A DNA stretch of 64,000 nucleotides from a virus, in IMG/VR virus record IMGVR_UViG_3300028388_003908, positions 79,152 to 143,151 of that record; one strand, given 5' to 3'. How positions within the stretch are numbered: the first letter of the stretch is position 1; every line of letters begins with the position of its first letter. This document shows, in pieces, positions 63,905-64,000 of the stretch. The position numbers were made by a program, and so were the translations under genes. The notes under the pieces were generated by a model. It did not search any database and was not told the origin of the DNA. It saw only the letters and a program-made list of their open reading frames with translations.

Positions 63905-64000
63905 TCAATAAACAACGCCCTCATCATCTTCGGGCTGATACTCAGAGAAGTCCGGCATACCTACAATGTCACAAAACGTATCCGTAATGCGTCTGTTGAT
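63905..64000 (-). CDS. 3' end of a gene truncated by the window edge
   Basis: Open frame INRRITDTFCDIVGMPDFSEYQPEDDEGVVY*. Confidence 0.5.
   Translation of the reverse strand: MNRRITDTFCDIVGMPDFSEYQPEDDEGVVY

Noticed and set aside
1-64000. Genome-wide stop-codon reassignment suggested by the in-frame TGA at 36421
   Set aside because: Conserved genes are intact under the standard code, and TGA, TAG and TAA all act as real stops, often overlapping the next start.
1-64000. tRNA/rRNA genes, integrase, prophage boundary or diversity-generating retroelement
   Set aside because: No cloverleaf or T-loop signatures in the short intergenic gaps; no recombinase, host-like flank or reverse transcriptase seen.

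Overview
This window is part of a large lytic tailed phage genome, probably a jumbo-type myovirus. The host is unknown; a candidate spanin pair hints at a Gram-negative host. Most genes are on the minus strand. Head module: TerS candidate, TerL, portal, prohead protease, scaffold, decoration protein and major capsid protein. Tail/neck: neck and tail-completion genes plus a 1595-aa tail sheath. Replication: family A DNA polymerase, DnaB, a degenerate loader, a Toprim primase and a SNF2 helicase. Other recognisable genes: a sigma70-family factor, tdk, thyA, folA, a class III nucleotide cyclase and a five-gene DNA modification cluster (three tandem SPPY methyltransferases, one NPPY methyltransferase, one 2OG-Fe(II) hydroxylase fusion). 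The most striking unexplained pattern is a dispersed family of otherwise unrelated small genes that share a leader, MRRTASEVIRELEMRVARLE-x(1-5)-[K/R]-x-A. The leader is conserved at DNA level, in several copies together with the RBS and a putative late promoter. It sits alongside R(V/I)AxxY motifs and [K/R]-x-A sites that punctuate modular polyproteins and head proteins. I infer a capsid-targeting and protease-maturation cargo system with a portable cassette. Two family members are interrupted (one in-frame TGA, one frameshift). No rRNA, tRNA or CRISPR array was seen. All calls come from reading motifs by eye; no database searches were run.
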